DNA of 64,000 bases, from positions 366,110,001 to 366,174,000 of the forward strand of contig OZ024740.1 in the NCBI GenBank assembly GCA_964016885.1, in the 5' to 3' direction. Of the stretch, positions 25,797 through 39,211 are shown one piece after another. A program made the position numbers and the translations under genes. The notes under the pieces were generated by a model. It was not told the origin of the DNA. It did no database searches and saw only the letters and a list, made by a program, of their open reading frames with translations. This DNA comes from Eledone cirrhosa (lineage: Eukaryota). How positions within the stretch are numbered: the first letter of the stretch is position 1; every line of letters begins with the position of its first letter.

Positions 25797-26869
25797 TGTA
25801 AGACTGGTAACAAAAGTATAGTGAGCAGGAGAGAGAGAGGAATGGTGTAACAGACTGATAATAAAAGTATAGTGAGAGAGAGTGTGTGAGTGTGTGTGTG
25901 TGTGAGTGTGAGTGTGTGTACGCATACATTCAACAACTACATGTAAATTGAAAAATGACAAAGACAGAAAATTAATTCTATTTTAATTAAATTGTACATC
26001 AATAGTAATTCACGGTTAATTCATTACAAACAGAATAGAAAACTTTTGAACATACCATCAACTTTAACCTATTAGTTATCACAAATAACAAAAAGAAAAG
26101 CAAACAATACCAACAATAGAACAAAAAGTATTTTTGCTTCATTTTTTTTTTGTTATATTTTACATTTTAGTATGTAAAGCAATTAAAATCAATCAATCAT
26201 TGGAATAAACAACAGCATGGTCAATTAATTCATACAAAAATGTGATGGCTGTTAGCTATGGAATTAACAATATATTCATGGTGGAAAGAAATAGAAATAT
26301 AAAAAAAAAAATCAAGAAAAATACCTTATGTTGAAAAAAATAATGTACTAGAAAAAGAAGGAGGAGAGGGGGAAGACAAAATTAACCTTTTTTTTTTTTT
26401 ACAGTTAACAATTTAACTATTTTACACCATTTCATTTATGGCATAGGTTATATTGATTCAAGTTCTGATAACTTAACATATTTTTAGAGCTGAAATAATT
26501 GTTTTGTTTCCTTTTGAAGCTGAATGTTCCGTCTTTCTAAAAAAAAAAAAAAAAAAAGAACTTGCAGCTTGCTGAGTCAATTGAATGAATATTGACCTGA
26601 CCCAGCAACTGAAGCAACAACAGTTTGTTTCCCATCATCACTTATGCTATGTCCCTGTGGGGCAACAAACAACTCTTAATTTTCAGTGGCACATACACTT
26701 ACTTCCCTGTAAAAAAAAAGGTTCCACAAGAAACAGTGTGTAAATGACAAGCTTCTCATTAGCTGCTTTCAATACCAAATTGAAATCTGACTGCATGGTT
26801 TGAAAAAAAACAGGCAATCTATAGCATATGTATCAAAAGTGGGAGGTAACTCCTTCATCCCATAACTTT

Positions 26870-27195
26870 TGAAGGAGTTGTAGGGGCACTGAATTGACGT
26901 ACTCATGCAGCATTTCTTAGGCATTTTAAGCATTGTGGAGCCCATCCCTCTCCAGGCCTGAGTTCAGCAGATTTCTTCCAGAGAGGGATAGAAAGTGAGA
27001 GAGAGGAAGTGAGAAAGAGATATAAAAGAAGAAACGAACCCAGTACTAAACGGGTACTTTTTTTTTTATTGATCTCGAAAGGATGAAAGGCAAAGTTGAC
27101 CTCAGCAGGATTTAAACTCAGAGAGCAGTGAACCAGAACAAATACCAAAAACCATTCTATCCGATGCTCTAACAACTCTGGCATTTGCTGCCTTT
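26870..27195 (-). mobile_element. tRNA-SINE, second superfamily (GCCTTTCATCCTTTCG..GATAAA..AGTACC core)
   Basis: B box followed by a core resembling the Meta/Sauria-type SINE central motif. Same family as 60200-60515. Fragments also at about 17915-18040, 23530-23600, 27430-27530, 29220-29360, 36600-36870, 62860-62960 and 63040-63130. Confidence 0.7.
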
Positions 27196-27776
27196 AGCAG
27201 GCAAACAGAATTATACTATTGTTATGACTTGTGAATTATAATCTTAAAACTGTTCCTTGAATAGCTGGGATTTTTAAAATTTTTTTTTTTTAATTATTAT
27301 TATTATTTAGAAAATGATTAAATATAATAATGTCTTTTCTAAAAATATAATTTCTAACAGACACAATAGCACACATTTAGTAGGGGAATATGTATAGTCA
27401 ATTATATCAACCACAATAGTTGACTGGCTTTCATTTTATTGACTCCGAAGGGTAAATCTCAAAGTTTGTTTCAGCAGTATTTGAACTCAGAATATAAAGG
27501 GACATAACTAAATACCACAAGGAATTTTAGTTTATTGGCCTATCAAATTTGTCAATCTCCAAGCTGAAATTACCATGGCACATAAGAAATGATGTGAATT
27601 TGGTGTCATTAATATCATCATCATTTTTACGTTGCTTTTTCCATGCTGCCATGGACTGGAAAGGACTTTTTGAGACAATGTTTTGTAGCCTGGTGCATAA
27701 AAAGAAATTAATTTTTCATTTATTATCACTGATTTAATTGTAATTTCAGTTTAAAAACTACTTTCCTAAAAATAAG

Positions 27777-27808
<32 letters not shown>

Positions 27809-30516
27809 CATGTATCTGTTAATTACATAGTATAATATGGAATGCAAGGGGTTTCCTCTAACAATTTCTGAAAGGAATGAAGAATAAAATTTCTAACTCT
27901 AGTATGGATCTATTCTTTTGGGGGGAGGGGGATAATTTGCATCCAGTACACTATGTAAAATGGCTGGTAATAGGAAGGCCATCCAGCAAATAAAGAATCG
28001 GGAGGACTCTTCAGCTGTGTTGAAGACATGACATCATGCTAGTGCTATAATAAAAAGCACGCTGTGCACTCAATTGACTGCAGGAACATATGCAAGCAAT
28101 GTGAGTCTATCTGAGTGGTCAGTTGTTTTGAGTAAGTACTGACTGTGCCAAGCTGTCCAACCTTGCTAGATGGAAAAGAGACAGTAATTGATGAGGAGGA
28201 AGATGATAACAATGATGAGAGTGACAAAGAAGAGTAATGGCCATCCCTTTTCCTGGCCCTTTTAGACTGATGAGAATGATTAATAAAGTTAATGAGTTTG
28301 AACTTTTAAAGCTACATTAAGCATGTTAACTATTCTGCCACAATGTGTTGGCATAGTTTTAAAATGGTCTAGAAAGATCAAATAGCTTTCAATCTATCAG
28401 AAAATATCTAACAAAGAATTCTTAAGACAAAATCATAACAGAGTAGACACTACAAATAGACAGTTACACAATTTTTTTATGTTTACTTCTCTTCTTTTTG
28501 GTACATTATTGATCAAAATAAACAGAGATGAAAAAAACAACAAAAGAAACAAATGTTAAAATGTTTAAACAGATTTCTAAGAAAAATAAATCATGTAAAA
28601 ATCAAAAAAATAAACATTTGCAGCAATTTGTTGCATAAGAACTGTCATTAAAGTGGAGAAGTGCCAAGATAATATCAAAATTAATACATGAATGATAGTT
28701 TAAACATCAATGATAAAATAGTGATTTAGTCATTGGAGATTGTGGCTGGTTTATTTCATAGGGAAAAGAATATATCTAATACTCACACAAACACAAGATC
28801 CCAAGTTCATAGAGGAGGGGTAAATAATTGTATGATAGTTATGCCCTCTTCAGAGATGTTAGCAACATATGTGCCATTGGAACAGTGAACTAAAATATTG
28901 ATTTCTTTTAATGAGGCAAAACTCAGTTTTTGAAGGAAGGTAGGAAAGATTATCATATGACTTAAAACTAGTATCTTACCAGTTCTTATCTTATTAACCA
29001 TTTCATTACCATATTTCTAATGAAAAGCACTGCCTATGATTTTCAAAGAATTTCTCATTATTAAGATGGTTTTGGGAGCAGAACTTGAAGGTTCTTACAT
29101 AAAATTATAATGGAAGGTTTCTAGATAAATATAAATACTTTAAAATAAATAATTTCATATTGTAAAACCAGGAGCAGCTATTCCCAGAGGTTCAATATCA
29201 AAAGAGTTAATCCCAGCAGGATGAAAAAAAAAATTTTTTTTTACCCGGGAAGATGAAAAGTGAAGTTGACCTTGATGGGATTTGAACTCAGAATGCAAAG
29301 AACCAGAACAAATAATACAATGGCATTTTAGCCAATGCTCTGCCAATCCACTACCCTTTAACAGGAAATATTAAAAAATACTTATGCAGAGAATCATAAG
29401 GCTATTTGAAACTAATTATCGTGCAACTATATGAAAATTGTCAAATCATATTGCATGATACAGGTAAAAATTAAATTTTAAAAACATCCCTGAAAACCCA
29501 TATAGAGTGTATTTTAGCCCTTTCATTACCATAATAATAAAACATAAGATCACATGATAACCACTTTGTGTGTTTAGGAAGTGGTAGGAAAAACAAAGAA
29601 TAAAACAAGAATTCTTTACATAGTTTTCTCCCTTCCGAAAAACAAAGAAACAAAAAGATGAGTTCCTACTACTACTATGACAACTGTGATAAATTTGACA
29701 CTTTGAATACTGCTGCTTTCACTATGATTACTGCTGTTATTACAGCTGCTGCTGGTGCTGCTACTACTACTACTACCTCTATCAAGAAGGCAAATTGAAG
29801 TTTATGAGAGTGAAGGAAAACCTACAGATTCAAACATCTTAGAATATTGTAACCAAGGAATTATTAAACTAAATAATTTTTTATATACACTCCATTTTTG
29901 ATGGGTATTTTTAATATAAACATTGCTTATGATTTTTAAATAATTTTTAAAATAAACAGCTTAGTATAATACAAACAAAAGGAGGTTTCAGGTTCTTTGG
30001 TAGTATAAATGGCAAAATATATCATATATTACAATCACACATCTAGGTAGCTGAAATTTTGCACAGACATCTTACAAGCTATCTAATTTTTCTAAAAACA
30101 TTTGCAAACACAGACAGTAAAAAATAATATAGTGTACCCCCCCCCCCCCCAAGCAATGCAACAGACAGTGAAAAAAGTTACTAATTATAAAAATTCATTA
30201 AGAGAAATTATGTAAACTAGCACAGTATTTTTTGAGGGAAAAAAATTACTTTCTAAGAAACTAAAAAGATGTAAGAGTAAGATGTTATTTCCTGCTTTTA
30301 TATCTGCGTTATTTTATTTTATTTTTTCACATTTTTATAAGACTTCACTCTAATCATCATCTAGGTGGTTTTAAGATGCAACAATTCTGAGTAAATCAAC
30401 ATTACCGTTTATTTGAAATAGAGTGAATTTATGTGATTATATACATTTTAGGTAGTGTGTGCGTGCATGCGTGTGTAAAACGGTGATGATGGTATGTATA
30501 TATACACATACACACA

Positions 30517-30780
30517 ATGAGAAGATCATATGCAATGTTCCACTTGCTTTGAAACCAGATTGAGTTTCTAAAAGAATCAGTAGACATATATCTTCCGAAA
30601 GGTGATTCAACATCAGCCTACATACTACCTTTCCAACAGATTCCAGGATTGTGATTCCATTGTAGGTGGTGATCAAGATTCCAACAACCCAGTCTTGTGA
30701 CATTGGTGCTCCTTTCTAACATTTCAAGTGCATGTGTAGCATGGAAATTTTCCCACAATGATTTTCTGAAAGCTGTGACT
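30517..30780 (-). mobile_element. Degenerate RT fragment of another (BovB-like) RTE family
   Basis: YNGITILESVGKVVCRLMLNHL...LLETQSGFKASGTLHMIF resembles the NYRGISLLS..GK..LPESQCGFR..T.DMIF segment of RTE/BovB RT. Confidence 0.65.
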
Positions 30781-30799
30781 ACCTATGACCTTGGAGACA

Positions 30800-30980
30800 T
30801 GGGTTAGATGAGTTGTCCTGCTATGTGCAGTGCCAGGTCAGGTGACCATATTTTGCTCATACAGAATTGATCTTGGCTTGGTTTCTACAGCTGGATGCCC
30901 TTCCTAACACCAACCACATTTACAGTGTGTACTGGTTTTTTTTTTGTTGTGACACCTACACAACCACTTTACAGTGTGTT
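30800..30980 (-). mobile_element. RTE/SINE 3' UTR fragment
   Basis: Contains the conserved CTACAGCTGGATGCCCTTCCTAACACCAACC motif of the RTE 3' UTR. Confidence 0.65.
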
Positions 30981-31243
30981 TACGCATACATCTATGTGCA
31001 TATGTTTGTCAGTTTACTGCATGCTCCTTGATATCAACATTTGAAACAAGCAGTGATGCATCTCCATGCTCTGCAAAAACAATATGTATATAGCATAACA
31101 GCTCAATGGAGATTAATGCTATATACCATACTTAGAAAACATATAGGTTGGCATAAGGAAAGGATTCTGGCCATAAAAACTACCTCAAAATGTCTCATCC
31201 AACCCGAGCTAGCATAGAAACAGACATAAAATCAATGAAGATC

Positions 31244-31712
31244 ATCATCCTCATCATCGTTTAACATCCATCTTCCACGCTAGCATGGGTTAGACGGGAG
31301 TTGTCTCACTTGAGACAAGGTTGGTCGGGTGACCGTGACTCGCTCATATAGGACTATCTGGCAGGTTTTCTATGGCTGGATGCCCTTCCTAACACCAACC
31401 ACATTTACAGTGTGGAACTGGGAACTTTTTACCGTGCTACCTACACGGCCACATTACAGCGTGGACTGTGTTTTTTTGTCGTGACACCTACTTGATCTCG
31501 ATCTCATTATCTCATTTATTTGGACTGGATGTTGTGGTACCAATTTACAGAGAGAGGGTGGTGTTAGTGGGAGGATAGGGTAGGGGTAGTGGATCGGGGT
31601 GTATATTTGGTTAAGAGGTGCCTACTGACTGTAGGTTTCGCTTTGTACATAGGTAAGGCGGGTCTTCTGTATTACTGCGTAGCGCCAAAGATCTCGGTCC
31701 AGTGACATTGTC
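31244..31712 (-). mobile_element. RTE-A-related 3' fragment (ORF end + 3' UTR)
   Basis: Similar to 12251-12690, including the TMSLDRDLWRY-encoding end and a (GAT)n tail. Confidence 0.85.
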
Positions 31713-32105
31713 TCACCCCTTCTGTCCTTAACTACCACACTACTACATACACATTTACTTGTGATCCCACAAAGCCTCTACTTGATCACTTGATGTGCAA
31801 GAAATAGCAACCAAATCTCATTTAAAAAACACCTTAACATTGTAAAAAAATAAAAAAGGACAATGATCACAGCTGGAATGTCTTAATAATAAGTCAATTT
31901 GACTAGTGCTGTCTTGGGGCTAAACAATTCCCTCTCCCTCCCTATCTCTCTCCTTCACACACAAACATGTACACTTATTCAACCTACTGTAAGATTTTAA
32001 ATGAAACTAGCATACCAAGAAAGTAAAATGTTTAGCAATCCAATTTTCCAATTTTAAAGCTTTGTGTGTGTGTTTATATATATATATATATTATATATAT
32101 ATATA

Positions 32106-34657
32106 AGAAAGATCTGGAAGCTGAAAGTCCCCTGAACCAGTAACAGATTTAAAGATATTTTACTCAACGCCTACGACAGTAAAGAAGAACAGATAGAGAC
32201 ATTTAACGTAGAAGAGAACTGGGAGTTCCTAAAAAATAACTTACTAGAGGCGACGGATGAGGTTTGTGGCTGGAGTAAGACCTCAAGCAGGAGGAGAGTG
32301 ACTTGGTGGTGGAACAATAAGGTAGATGAAGCAGTCAAGGCCAAGAGACAGGCATGGAAAGAATGGAAGAACGGGGGGAGCAGGGTACATTACATAGAGA
32401 CCAAGAGGGAAGCTAGGCGACAAGTATACTTAGCTAGGAGGGAAGCAGAGGATAGAAAATTCAAGCATGTTTTACAACGTGAGGACCAGAAACAGGAGGT
32501 ATTCAAGATTGCGAGGCAGTGTGTCAGAGATAGTTGTGATGTCATTGGAGAGAAGTGTATCCGGAATGATAAAGGTGAGCTTGCCCTCACAAGTGCTGAG
32601 AAGAAAGATGCATGGAAGAGTCATTATGATAGATTACTAAATGAGGAGAATGCATGGGAAGAAGAGACCCTACCCCACGTAGACCCTATAGAGGGACCAG
32701 CAGTACAAGTCAGCGGCAGCGTAGTAAGTAAGGCAATCAGAGATATGAAGATAGGGAAGGCAACCGGTCCATCGGGTATAGCTGCCGAGATGCTGAAGGC
32801 ATCTGGGTCTGTAGGTCACACTATAACCACACGTATCGTTAACCAGGTAATACTAGAGGGGGCCATACCAAAAGATTGGTGCAGTAGCATCATTGTCAAC
32901 TGCTACAAAGGTAAAGGCGATGCACTAGATAGAGGAAACTATAGAGGTATAAAGTTGATGGACCAGGTCATGAAAGTAACAGAAAGAGTTATAGCACAGC
33001 TGATTAGGGACCGGGTGAATATAGACGAGATGCAATTTGGGTTTGTTCCAGGGAAAGGCACCACTGATGCGCTCTTCCTTGTGAGGCAATTACAGGAAAA
33101 GTACCTAGCTAAAAGTAAGCCACTCTACTTGGCATTTGTCGACCTTGAGAAAGCCTTTGACAGAGTTCCACGTGCAGTAATCTGGTGGGCTCTTAGAAAA
33201 CTAGGAGTAGATGAATGGCTTGTGAAAGCGGTACAAGCCATGTATAGGGGAGCAGTCAGCAAAGTTAGGATTGGCAATGAGTATAGCGAGGAATTTAGCG
33301 TACAGGTTGGGGTCCACCAGGGCTCTGTTCTTAGCCCTCTCCTGTTCATCATAGTCCTGCAGGCAATAACGGAGGAGTTTAAGACCGGATGCCCATGGGA
33401 ACTCCTGTATGCTGATGACCTCGCACTCATAGCTGAATCTATGGTAGAACTAGAGAATAAATTCCAAACCTGGAAGCAGGGACTAGAGAGAAAGGGCCTC
33501 AAAGTCAACATGACAAAGACTAAGGTCCTTATAAGTAGACGAGAAAACAGAACCCAGATCCCCTCAGGGAAATGGCCTTGCTCAGTATGTAGGAAAGGTG
33601 TAGGTAGGAACTCCATTCTTTGCCCCAAATGCAAACAATGGGTACACAAGAGATGTAGCGGGATCTCAGGAAGCTTAATTAAGAATGTAGGATTCACATG
33701 CAGCAGCTGTGCTGAAACAGCAAGTAAACAGCCACAGGAAACAAGTACCACCAATCTCTGGGAGGGCCCTGTAGAAACAGTAGACAGCTTCTGCTACCTA
33801 GGTGACCGAATTAGCAACGGAGGTGGGTGCTCAGAAAGTACAATAACTAGGGTAAGAACGGGATGGAAGAAGTTTAGGGAACTACTACCACTGCTAGCTG
33901 CAAAAGGCTTCTCCCTCAGAATGAAAGGCAGACTGTATGATGCGTGTATCCGAACAGCGATGTTGCATGGTAGTGAGACCTGGGCGCTGAAGGTGGAAGA
34001 CTTACGTAGATTAGAGAGAAACGAAGCCTGCATGCTCCGATGGATGTGTAACAGTAATATACGTGAACGACAAAGCATAAATGAATTGAGAGAGAGACTG
34101 AGCATAAGAGGAATCAAATGCTGCGTGCAGGAGAGGCGGTTACGCTGGTATGGACATGTGATGCGTATGAAGGATGACAGCTGCATAAAAAGGTGCAGAG
34201 CACTAGAAGTTGATGGAAACCGCGGAGTGGGGAGACCCAAGATGACTTGGGATGAGGTGATAAAAGCCGACCTTACCCAACTACACCTCTCAAAGTCAAT
34301 GACACACGACCGTGACTTCTGGCGTCACGCAGTAATACAGGGTACCCGACCTCCCATGGGTACATGCTGAAGCATATAAACAATATGCCCCCCCCCCCCA
34401 CCGCAAGGTGGTCGTGGAGGTGCCACGGCAAAAAAGCACCCAGCCCACACTGTAAAGTGGACGTGTAGGCGCCACGAAAAAGCACCCAGCACTCACTGTA
34501 AATGAGGTTGGTGTTAGGAAGGGCATCCAGCTGTAGAAATCAAGCCAGATCAGTTCCTGTATGAGCAAGGCATGGTCAGCCGACCAGACACTGCCCACAA
34601 CAGGACAACCCGTCTAACCCATGCTAGCGTGGAAGAACGGACGTAAAACGGTGATGA

Positions 34658-34661
<4 letters not shown>
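32106..34661 (+). mobile_element. 5'-truncated RTE LINE, subfamily B (copy B1)
   Basis: Starts abruptly in (TA)n at RKIWKLK, lacks the APE domain, retains RT and PHD finger, has a distinct 3' UTR, and ends in GTGATGATGA followed by (TA)n. Confidence 0.93.
32298..34370 (+). CDS. RTE-B reverse transcriptase + PHD finger ORF (truncated, 690 aa)
   Basis: TWWWN, FVDLEKAFDRV, LLYADDL, CSVC..CPKC..HKRC..CSSC, RRLRWYGHV. Confidence 0.9.
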   Translation: MTWWWNNKVDEAVKAKRQAWKEWKNGGSRVHYIETKREARRQVYLARREAEDRKFKHVLQREDQKQEVFKIARQCVRDSCDVIGEKCIRNDKGELALTSAEKKDAWKSHYDRLLNEENAWEEETLPHVDPIEGPAVQVSGSVVSKAIRDMKIGKATGPSGIAAEMLKASGSVGHTITTRIVNQVILEGAIPKDWCSSIIVNCYKGKGDALDRGNYRGIKLMDQVMKVTERVIAQLIRDRVNIDEMQFGFVPGKGTTDALFLVRQLQEKYLAKSKPLYLAFVDLEKAFDRVPRAVIWWALRKLGVDEWLVKAVQAMYRGAVSKVRIGNEYSEEFSVQVGVHQGSVLSPLLFIIVLQAITEEFKTGCPWELLYADDLALIAESMVELENKFQTWKQGLERKGLKVNMTKTKVLISRRENRTQIPSGKWPCSVCRKGVGRNSILCPKCKQWVHKRCSGISGSLIKNVGFTCSSCAETASKQPQETSTTNLWEGPVETVDSFCYLGDRISNGGGCSESTITRVRTGWKKFRELLPLLAAKGFSLRMKGRLYDACIRTAMLHGSETWALKVEDLRRLERNEACMLRWMCNSNIRERQSINELRERLSIRGIKCCVQERRLRWYGHVMRMKDDSCIKRCRALEVDGNRGVGRPKMTWDEVIKADLTQLHLSKSMTHDRDFWRHAVIQGTRPPMGTC

Positions 34662-34696
<35 letters not shown>

Positions 34697-34822
34697 GTAG
34701 GAGGTGAGTTTTATTTTAGTACAATAAAGCAATGCATATATCGGATAAGAAGCACTCTACAGTTTGTAGGACTGGAGTATATATAATATAAGATAAAAAG
34801 ATGGTTAAAGGAGTTCCATGTA

Positions 34823-34889
34823 TTTTATTATGCGCATTTCAAAAACAAACATCATCATGCAATAATATTTGTGTTTTCATCAGATAAAA
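34823..34889 (-). ncRNA. Type I hammerhead ribozyme in Penelope P1 pLTR
   Basis: UUUUAU-CUGAUGA-long stem II-GAAA-UGCGCA-UA^AUAAAA. Stem III is the palindrome AUGCGCAU. Confidence 0.85.
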
Positions 34890-35912
34890 CAGGAGAACAT
34901 GATATGAAGGCTAAAAAACACTTGTGGATAGTGCAGTTTTAAATCAACATATGAAAAGTGGTTTTAGATTGATGTGTGATATTGGGAAAATATTTTATTT
35001 AGAGAGGGGGGGGGATGAAAAAGGGGAGGAAGATGAGAGGGAGAGATGGGTGATAGAGAGAAAGAGATAGTTTTTATAACTGAGAGGAGATATATTGTTT
35101 TACATAGAGAGGTTGAAAACCGTTGGAAGATAATGTATAAATTAAAAGAATTTGAAAATTAACGAAGGGAGGATATGTGCGAGGAAAAAATATTTTATTT
35201 AGGGAGGGGGTGGTGGAAAGGATGAAAAAAGGGGGAGGAGATGAGAGTGAAGGTGGAGAGGGAGAGATGGGTGATAGAGAGAAAGAGATAGTTTTTATAA
35301 CTGAGAAAAAGATATATTGTTTTACATAGAGAGGTTGAGAACCGTTGGAAGATAATGTATAAATTAAAGGAATTTGAAAATTAACGAAGGGAATTTATGT
35401 ATGAAGATAGAGAGAAAAAATAATAATTGTGGATGAATATTCTAACGTCAAAAAAAGTGTATGTTGATAAGTATTGTGGCAATTTCAAAATTAACGAAGA
35501 GAAAAATATTAAGGTTTGTGTGTAGAAGGATTTGAGAAAAATAATGTTAAGTTAAAGTTTGTATATTGAAGGAATTGATAATATATGCGAATAAAGAGTT
35601 AATATGTATTAAGAATGAGTTCGTTGATGGGGAGAAAAAAATAATAAATTAAGGATGAAATTGAGATTAAAAAGTTTTATGATAGAGAGAAAAAATAATA
35701 ATGATTGCGGATGAATATTCTAACGTCAAAAAAACAAATGTATATGTTATGAAGGATTTTACAAGGTGAAGATAGAAAGAGGGTAATGAGTAAACAAGTA
35801 TTATAGAGTGTATAATGCCCTTTAAAGTAAGGTAGGAAGATGGGTATATTTTAAAGAGGTGTATGTATATGTGCCTTTGAGAAAAGATTCTAAATTGATA
35901 AAGAATTGAATA

Positions 35913-36490
35913 TTAACTGTATACTTTGTGAAAAGTCCTATGGAATTTATGCAGGCAGATAGAAAACAAATCTGTACGTCTATTTATTATAGAATCTAGG
36001 TTATAGATAATGGTAAATTTTTCATTTAGGCAGAGATTACAGATTTTAGATAGAGAGCTGTTCAAGTATGAGGATGCAGAAGAAACCTTCTTCCAAAAGA
36101 TGGTATATTTAATGTTTTTGTCTTTCAAGGACCATATGAGTTCTGAGAGAGCCGTGTTGGTTCTTTTAAGTTTGTATTTGAAAGATGAATGATGATTATA
36201 GAGACGAGCTTTAAAAGAGGTGGAAGTGGAGCCAAAATAGGTGAAGGAATTGGTGCTAGTTATAATTTTACATTCATAAATTAAGTTTTTATCGAGACAA
36301 TGGTTGTTGAGAGGACATTTATTTTTAATGCGGCAGTTGCAATTAGAGAGATTATTAATGAGTGACCTAGTGTTATCTATAGAAGGAATTGGATTGGAGA
36401 AGTTGTTTGCGATAGGAATAATAGTTTCTTGATTTAGAGTTGGATTATGAACATTTAGCGAAGTTGTGTTTGACGTTGTATTTGGGTTTA
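35913..36490 (-). CDS. Penelope GIY-YIG endonuclease domain (truncated)
   Basis: Motifs as above. RT portion absent. Confidence 0.8.
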
Positions 36491-36962
36491 CATTTAACTT
36501 CGCTAAATGTTCATAATCCAACTCTAAATCAAGAAACTATTATTCCTATTGCAAACAACTTCTCCAATCCAATTCCTTCTATTTCCTAAGGCCAGAAATT
36601 ACCCAGTGCATTACTGGTACTTTATTTTATCGACCCTGTAAGGATATAACAATAATGTAGATATTTTTTGGCTCTAATCCAAACATTACAAAGATTAAAA
36701 AGACTTACAGTTAACCCACTTTTAAACTACCCTTCATCACAACATAATTGTTTCTGCTTTAGGCACAAGGTCAGCAATTACCCAGTACATTACTGGTACT
36801 TTATTTTATCGACCCCGTATGGATGAAAGGCAAAGTTAACCTCGGCGGAATTTCAACTCAGACTGTAACGACACGTAACTATCACAACATAATAAATAGA
36901 AATATTTCAGAGTATATATATAATATAATATATATATATAATATAATATATATATATAATAT

Positions 36963-37454
36963 ACAATGGGTACACAAGAGATGTAGTGGGATCTCAGGAA
37001 GCTTAATTAAGAATGTAGGCTTCACATGCAGCAGCTGTGCTAGGACGGCAAGCAGCAAACAGCCACAGGACACAAGTACCACCAATCTCTGGGAGGGCTC
37101 TGTAGAAACAGTAGACAGCTTCTGCTACCGAGGTGACCGAATTAGCAGCAGAGGTGGGTGTTCAGAAAGTACAATAACTAGGATAAGAACGGGATGGAAG
37201 AAGTTCAGGGAACTACTGCCACTGCTAGCTGCAAAAAGCTTCTCCCTCAAAATGAAAGGCAGACTGTATGATGCGTGTATCCGAACACCAATGTTACATG
37301 GTAGTGAGACCTGGGCGCTGAAGGTGGAAGACTTACGTAGATTAGAAAGAAATGAAGCCTGCTTGCTCCGATGGATGTGTAATAGTAATATACGCGAACG
37401 ACAAAGCATAAATGAATTGAGAGAGAGACTGAGCATAAGAGGAATCAAATGCTG
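36963..37454 (+). mobile_element. Internal RTE-B fragment (copy B2)
   Basis: Encodes QWVHKRCSGISG...SIRGIKCC. Bounded by TA-rich repeats at both ends. Confidence 0.9.
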
Positions 37455-37519
<65 letters not shown>

Positions 37520-37603
37520 TATATATATATTATATATATATTATATATATATTATATATATATTATATATATATTATATATATATTATATATATTATATA
37601 TAT

Positions 37604-37634
<31 letters not shown>

Positions 37635-37875
37635 ATATATATATTATATATATTATATATATATTATATATATTATATATATATATATATATAATATATA
37701 TATTATATATATATATTATATATATATTATATATATATTATATATATATATTATATATATATTATATATATATTATATATATATATTATATATATATATA
37801 TTATATATATATATATATTATATATATTATATATATATTATATATATAATATATATATAATATATATATTATATA

Positions 37876-37916
<41 letters not shown>

Positions 37917-38235
37917 TATATATATATTATATATATATATTATATATATATATTATATATATATTATATATATATATTATATATATATATATATTATATA
38001 TATATATTATATATATATATATATTATATATATTATATTATATATATTATATATATATATATTATATATATATTATATATATATTATATATATTATATAT
38101 ATATATATATATTATATATATTATATATATATATATTATATATATATTATATATATATTATATATATATATATATTATATATATTATATATATATATATT
38201 ATATTATATATATTATATATATATATTATATATAT

Positions 38236-38302
<67 letters not shown>

Positions 38303-38446
38303 ATTATATATATATATTATATATATATATTATATATTATATATATATATTATATATATATATTATATATATATATTATATATATATTATATATATATAT
38401 TATATATATATATTATATATATATTATATATATATTATATATATTA

Positions 38447-38495
<49 letters not shown>

Positions 38496-38753
38496 ATATT
38501 ATATATATATATATATTATATATATATTATATATATATATATATTATATATATATATATTATATATATATATTATATATATATATTATATATATATTATA
38601 TATATATTATTTATATATATATATATATTATATATATATATATTATATATATATATATTATATATATATATATTATATATATATATATTATATAATATAT
38701 ATATTATATATATATATATTATATATATATATATTATATATATATATATTATA

Positions 38754-38784
<31 letters not shown>

Positions 38785-38949
38785 ATATTATATATATATA
38801 TATTATATATATATATATTATATATATATATATTATATATATATATATATATTATATATATATATATTATATATATATATTATTATATATATATATATAT
38901 ATATTATATATTATATATATATTATATATATATATATATATTATATATA

Positions 38950-38992
<43 letters not shown>

Positions 38993-39007
38993 ATATTATA
39001 TATATAT

Positions 39008-39038
<31 letters not shown>

Positions 39039-39076
39039 ATATATATTATATATATATTATATATATATATATTATA

Positions 39077-39107
<31 letters not shown>

Positions 39108-39112
39108 ATATA
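37455..39112. repeat. Pure A/T (TA)nT array, about 1.65 kb
   Basis: No C or G seen. Interruptions are mostly TT. Confidence 0.95.
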
Positions 39113-39144
39113 AGATCAAAAGATGGTTAAAGGAGTTCAATATA

Positions 39145-39211
39145 TTTTATTATGCGCATTTCAAAAACAAACATCATCAAACAATAATATTTGTGTTTTC
39201 ATCAGATAAAA
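39145..39211 (-). ncRNA. Type I hammerhead ribozyme in Penelope P2 pLTR
   Basis: Same fold as 34823-34889. Differences are confined to the distal stem II and loop. Confidence 0.85.

Larger units (their letters stand above)
34786..36582 (-). mobile_element. Penelope-like element copy P1 (GIY-YIG end + 3' pLTR + 5' fold-back)
   Basis: ORF 35913-36521 has CNCR..CPL..C, LIYEC, YFGSTSTSFKARLYNH and CNLCLNEK, the signature of the Penelope GIY-YIG endonuclease. Long 3' region with a hammerhead. 87-bp 5' inversion. Confidence 0.9.
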
